From Escherichia coli (lineage in GTDB: Bacteria; Pseudomonadota; Gammaproteobacteria; Enterobacterales; Enterobacteriaceae), in assembly GCF_024502345.1 (NCBI RefSeq), contig NZ_JALDNN010000001.1: a stretch of DNA of 64,000 nt, one strand, 5' to 3'. Below, piece after piece: positions 61,156 through 64,000 of the stretch (position 1 is the first letter of the stretch; every line of letters begins with the position of its first letter). Under the pieces are notes generated by a model. That model searched no databases. It was not told the origin of the DNA and saw only the letters and a program-made list of their open reading frames with translations. The position numbers and the translations under genes were made by a program.

Positions 61156-61159
61156 TTTC
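61124..61159 (+). terminator. rho-independent terminator (SroC 3' end / attenuator before gltJ)
   Basis: GAGGGTAGCAG-TTAAC-GCTGCTACCCTC followed by TTTTTTCT; sits 12 nt upstream of the gltJ start. Confidence 0.8.
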
Positions 61160-61171
61160 TGGAGTAGATTT

Positions 61172-61912
61172 ATGTCTATAGACTGGAACTGGGGTATTTT
61201 TTTACAACAAGCCCCGTTCGGCAACACCACCTATCTTGGTTGGATCTGGAGTGGTTTTCAGGTGACGATCGCTTTGTCGATCTGCGCCTGGATTATCGCT
61301 TTCCTCGTCGGTTCATTTTTCGGCATTTTACGTACCGTTCCAAACCGTTTTCTCTCCGGTCTGGGTACGTTGTATGTCGAACTGTTCCGCAACGTGCCGT
61401 TGATTGTGCAATTCTTTACCTGGTATCTGGTGATCCCGGAGCTGTTGCCGGAGAAAATCGGCATGTGGTTTAAGGCCGAGCTGGATCCCAATATTCAGTT
61501 TTTCCTTTCATCCATGCTCTGCCTTGGGCTGTTTACCGCCGCCCGTGTTTGCGAACAGGTACGCGCCGCTATTCAGTCGCTGCCGCGTGGGCAGAAGAAT
61601 GCCGCGCTGGCGATGGGTCTGACGCTACCGCAGGCTTACCGCTACGTACTGCTGCCTAATGCTTATCGCGTTATCGTCCCGCCGATGACCTCAGAGATGA
61701 TGAACCTGGTGAAAAACTCCGCCATCGCCTCGACCATCGGTCTGGTAGATATGGCAGCGCAGGCGGGTAAATTGCTCGACTACTCGGCTCACGCCTGGGA
61801 GTCGTTTACCGCCATTACGCTGGCGTATGTATTGATTAACGCTTTTATCATGCTGGTGATGACGCTGGTTGAACGTAAAGTTCGCCTGCCCGGCAACATG
61901 GGGGGCAAATAA
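61172..61912 (+). CDS. gltJ: glutamate/aspartate ABC transporter permease
   Basis: 246-aa [38 protein letters not shown]...; HisM/HisQ-type permease. Confidence 0.96.
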
Positions 61913-62586
61913 TGTACGAGTTTGACTGGAGTTCCATTGTTCCTTCCCTGCCATATCTGCTCGACGGGCTGGTGATCACCCTGAAAATCACCGTCACGGC
62001 AGTCGTGATTGGTATTTTGTGGGGCACCATGCTGGCGGTGATGCGCTTGTCCAGCTTTGCGCCCGTAGCGTGGTTTGCCAAAGCCTACGTTAACGTATTC
62101 CGCTCGATTCCTTTAGTTATGGTTTTGCTGTGGTTTTACCTGATCGTGCCGGGTTTTCTGCAAAACGTGCTGGGATTATCGCCAAAAAATGATATCCGTT
62201 TAATTTCGGCGATGGTGGCGTTTTCGATGTTTGAAGCGGCCTACTATTCAGAGATTATCCGTGCCGGTATTCAAAGTATTTCTCGTGGTCAGTCGAGCGC
62301 CGCTCTGGCGTTGGGAATGACTCACTGGCAGTCGATGAAACTGATTATTCTGCCGCAGGCGTTCCGCGCGATGGTGCCGCTGCTGCTCACTCAGGGCATC
62401 GTACTGTTCCAGGATACCTCACTGGTGTATGTGTTATCTCTGGCCGATTTCTTCCGTACCGCCTCAACTATTGGTGAGCGTGATGGTACGCAGGTTGAGA
62501 TGATCCTGTTTGCCGGATTTGTTTATTTCGTTATTAGCCTTAGCGCGTCGTTGTTGGTCAGCTACTTGAAAAGAAGGACAGCATAA
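61912..62586 (+). CDS. gltK: glutamate/aspartate ABC transporter permease
   Basis: 224-aa [31 protein letters not shown]...; start overlaps gltJ stop. Confidence 0.96.
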
Positions 62587-63311
62587 TGATTACCCTGAAA
62601 AATGTTTCAAAATGGTATGGTCACTTTCAGGTGCTGACCGACTGCTCAACCGAAGTGAAAAAAGGCGAAGTGGTGGTGGTTTGCGGCCCGTCTGGTTCCG
62701 GCAAATCAACGCTGATTAAAACCGTCAACGGCCTCGAACCAGTGCAGCAAGGTGAAATCACCGTCGATGGTATCGTGGTTAACGACAAGAAAACCGATCT
62801 GGCAAAGCTGCGTTCCCGCGTCGGGATGGTATTCCAGCATTTTGAGCTGTTCCCTCATCTGTCGATTATCGAAAACCTGACCCTGGCGCAGGTGAAAGTG
62901 CTTAAACGCGATAAAGCGCCGGCTCGTGAAAAAGCATTGAAATTGCTGGAGCGCGTGGGACTTTCCGCACATGCCAATAAATTTCCGGCGCAGCTTTCCG
63001 GCGGTCAGCAGCAGCGTGTGGCGATCGCTCGCGCATTGTGTATGGATCCTATTGCCATGCTGTTTGACGAACCGACATCGGCGCTGGATCCGGAGATGAT
63101 CAACGAAGTGCTGGACGTAATGGTCGAACTGGCGAACGAAGGAATGACCATGATGGTGGTGACCCACGAAATGGGCTTTGCCCGCAAAGTGGCGAATCGG
63201 GTGATCTTTATGGATGAGGGTAAAATTGTTGAAGACTCGCCGAAAGATGCGTTCTTCGATGATCCGAAATCGGACCGCGCAAAAGACTTCCTCGCGAAAA
63301 TCCTGCATTAA
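62586..63311 (+). CDS. gltL: glutamate/aspartate ABC transporter ATP-binding protein
   Basis: 241-aa ORF with Walker [13 protein letters not shown] signature LSGGQQQR and Walker [12 protein letters not shown]. Confidence 0.97.
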   Translation: MITLKNVSKWYGHFQVLTDCSTEVKKGEVVVVCGPSGSGKSTLIKTVNGLEPVQQGEITVDGIVVNDKKTDLAKLRSRVGMVFQHFELFPHLSIIENLTLAQVKVLKRDKAPAREKALKLLERVGLSAHANKFPAQLSGGQQQRVAIARALCMDPIAMLFDEPTSALDPEMINEVLDVMVELANEGMTMMVVTHEMGFARKVANRVIFMDEGKIVEDSPKDAFFDDPKSDRAKDFLAKILH

Positions 63312-63428
63312 TCACTCTGGCGCGCATACCCAATTGCGCGCCATCTCACGCTTTATCGTTTCGCCCCTCGTATCTGTTACATCCTGGCGTTACCCTTGTC
63401 GCAAAGAAGCACACAACAAGGAGCAACA

Positions 63429-64000
63429 ATGGCACTGCCAATTCTGTTAGATTGCGACCCAGGTCATGACGACGCTATCGCAATAGTTCTCGCCCTCGCC
63501 TCACCAGAGCTTGATGTCAAAGCAATTACGTCTTCCGCCGGAAACCAGACACCAGAAAAAACCTTACGCAATGTTCTGCGTATGCTGACCTTGCTTAATC
63601 GCACCGATATTCCGGTGGCAGGCGGCGCGGTAAAACCGTTAATGCGTGAGTTAATTATCGCGGACAATGTGCACGGCGAAAGCGGTCTCGACGGCCCGGC
63701 ATTACCGGAACCGGCGTTCGCACCGCAAAACTGTACGGCGGTAGAGCTAATGGCGAAAACGCTGCGTGAAAGTGCGGAACCTGTCACGATTGTGTCTACC
63801 GGACCGCAAACTAACGTTGCCTTGCTGCTCAATAGCCATCCGGAACTGCATAGCAAAATTGCCCGTATCGTGATTATGGGTGGCGCTATGGGGCTGGGTA
63901 ACTGGACGCCTGCGGCTGAATTTAATATTTACGTTGACCCGGAAGCGGCAGAAATTGTCTTCCAGTCAGGGATCCCGGTGGTGATGGCCGGTCTGGATGT
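63429..64000 (+). CDS. rihA: pyrimidine-specific ribonucleoside hydrolase, 5' portion (continues beyond window end)
   Basis: ATG at 63429 with [64 protein letters not shown]... with the nucleoside hydrolase DxDxxxDD motif. Confidence 0.93.
   Translation, partial: MALPILLDCDPGHDDAIAIVLALASPELDVKAITSSAGNQTPEKTLRNVLRMLTLLNRTDIPVAGGAVKPLMRELIIADNVHGESGLDGPALPEPAFAPQNCTAVELMAKTLRESAEPVTIVSTGPQTNVALLLNSHPELHSKIARIVIMGGAMGLGNWTPAAEFNIYVDPEAAEIVFQSGIPVVMAGLD

Overview
This window reads as a well-characterised stretch of enterobacterial core chromosome, in the Escherichia coli K-12 gene order but reverse-complemented relative to the reference orientation; I did not find a credible novel system in it. 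All gene identifications rest on recognising the translated ORFs and on remembered K-12 protein lengths and map order, not on any search. In window order: sucD (5' fragment), sucC, sucB, sucA, sdhBADC (all minus strand), gltA, the cryptic chaperone-usher fimbrial operon ybgD-ybgQ-ybgP-ybgO, abrB, nei, pxpACB-ybgI, dtpD, phr-ybgA, ybfA, kdpFABCDE, pgm, seqA, ybfF, ybfE, fldA, uof-fur, ybfN, chiP, glnS, nagE, nagBACD, asnB, a seven-gene tRNA array (metT-leuW-glnU-glnW-metU-glnV-glnX), ubiF, miaB, ybeZ, ybeY, corC, lnt, gltIJKL with the SroC region, and the 5' part of rihA. Intergenic DNA is largely explained by REP/BIME palindromes, rho-independent terminators and known regulatory sites. No IS element, integrase, prophage, CRISPR array or toxin-antitoxin module was seen. 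The most informative observations are two compact junctions where, as I recall it, K-12 carries extra DNA (the RhsC element between ybfA and ybgA, and the ybfP-potE-speF segment between pgm and kdpE), which suggests a non-K-12 strain. ORF-track N-terminal extensions were trimmed where the known protein start was evident. Long antisense ORFs opposite highly expressed genes are treated as artefacts.
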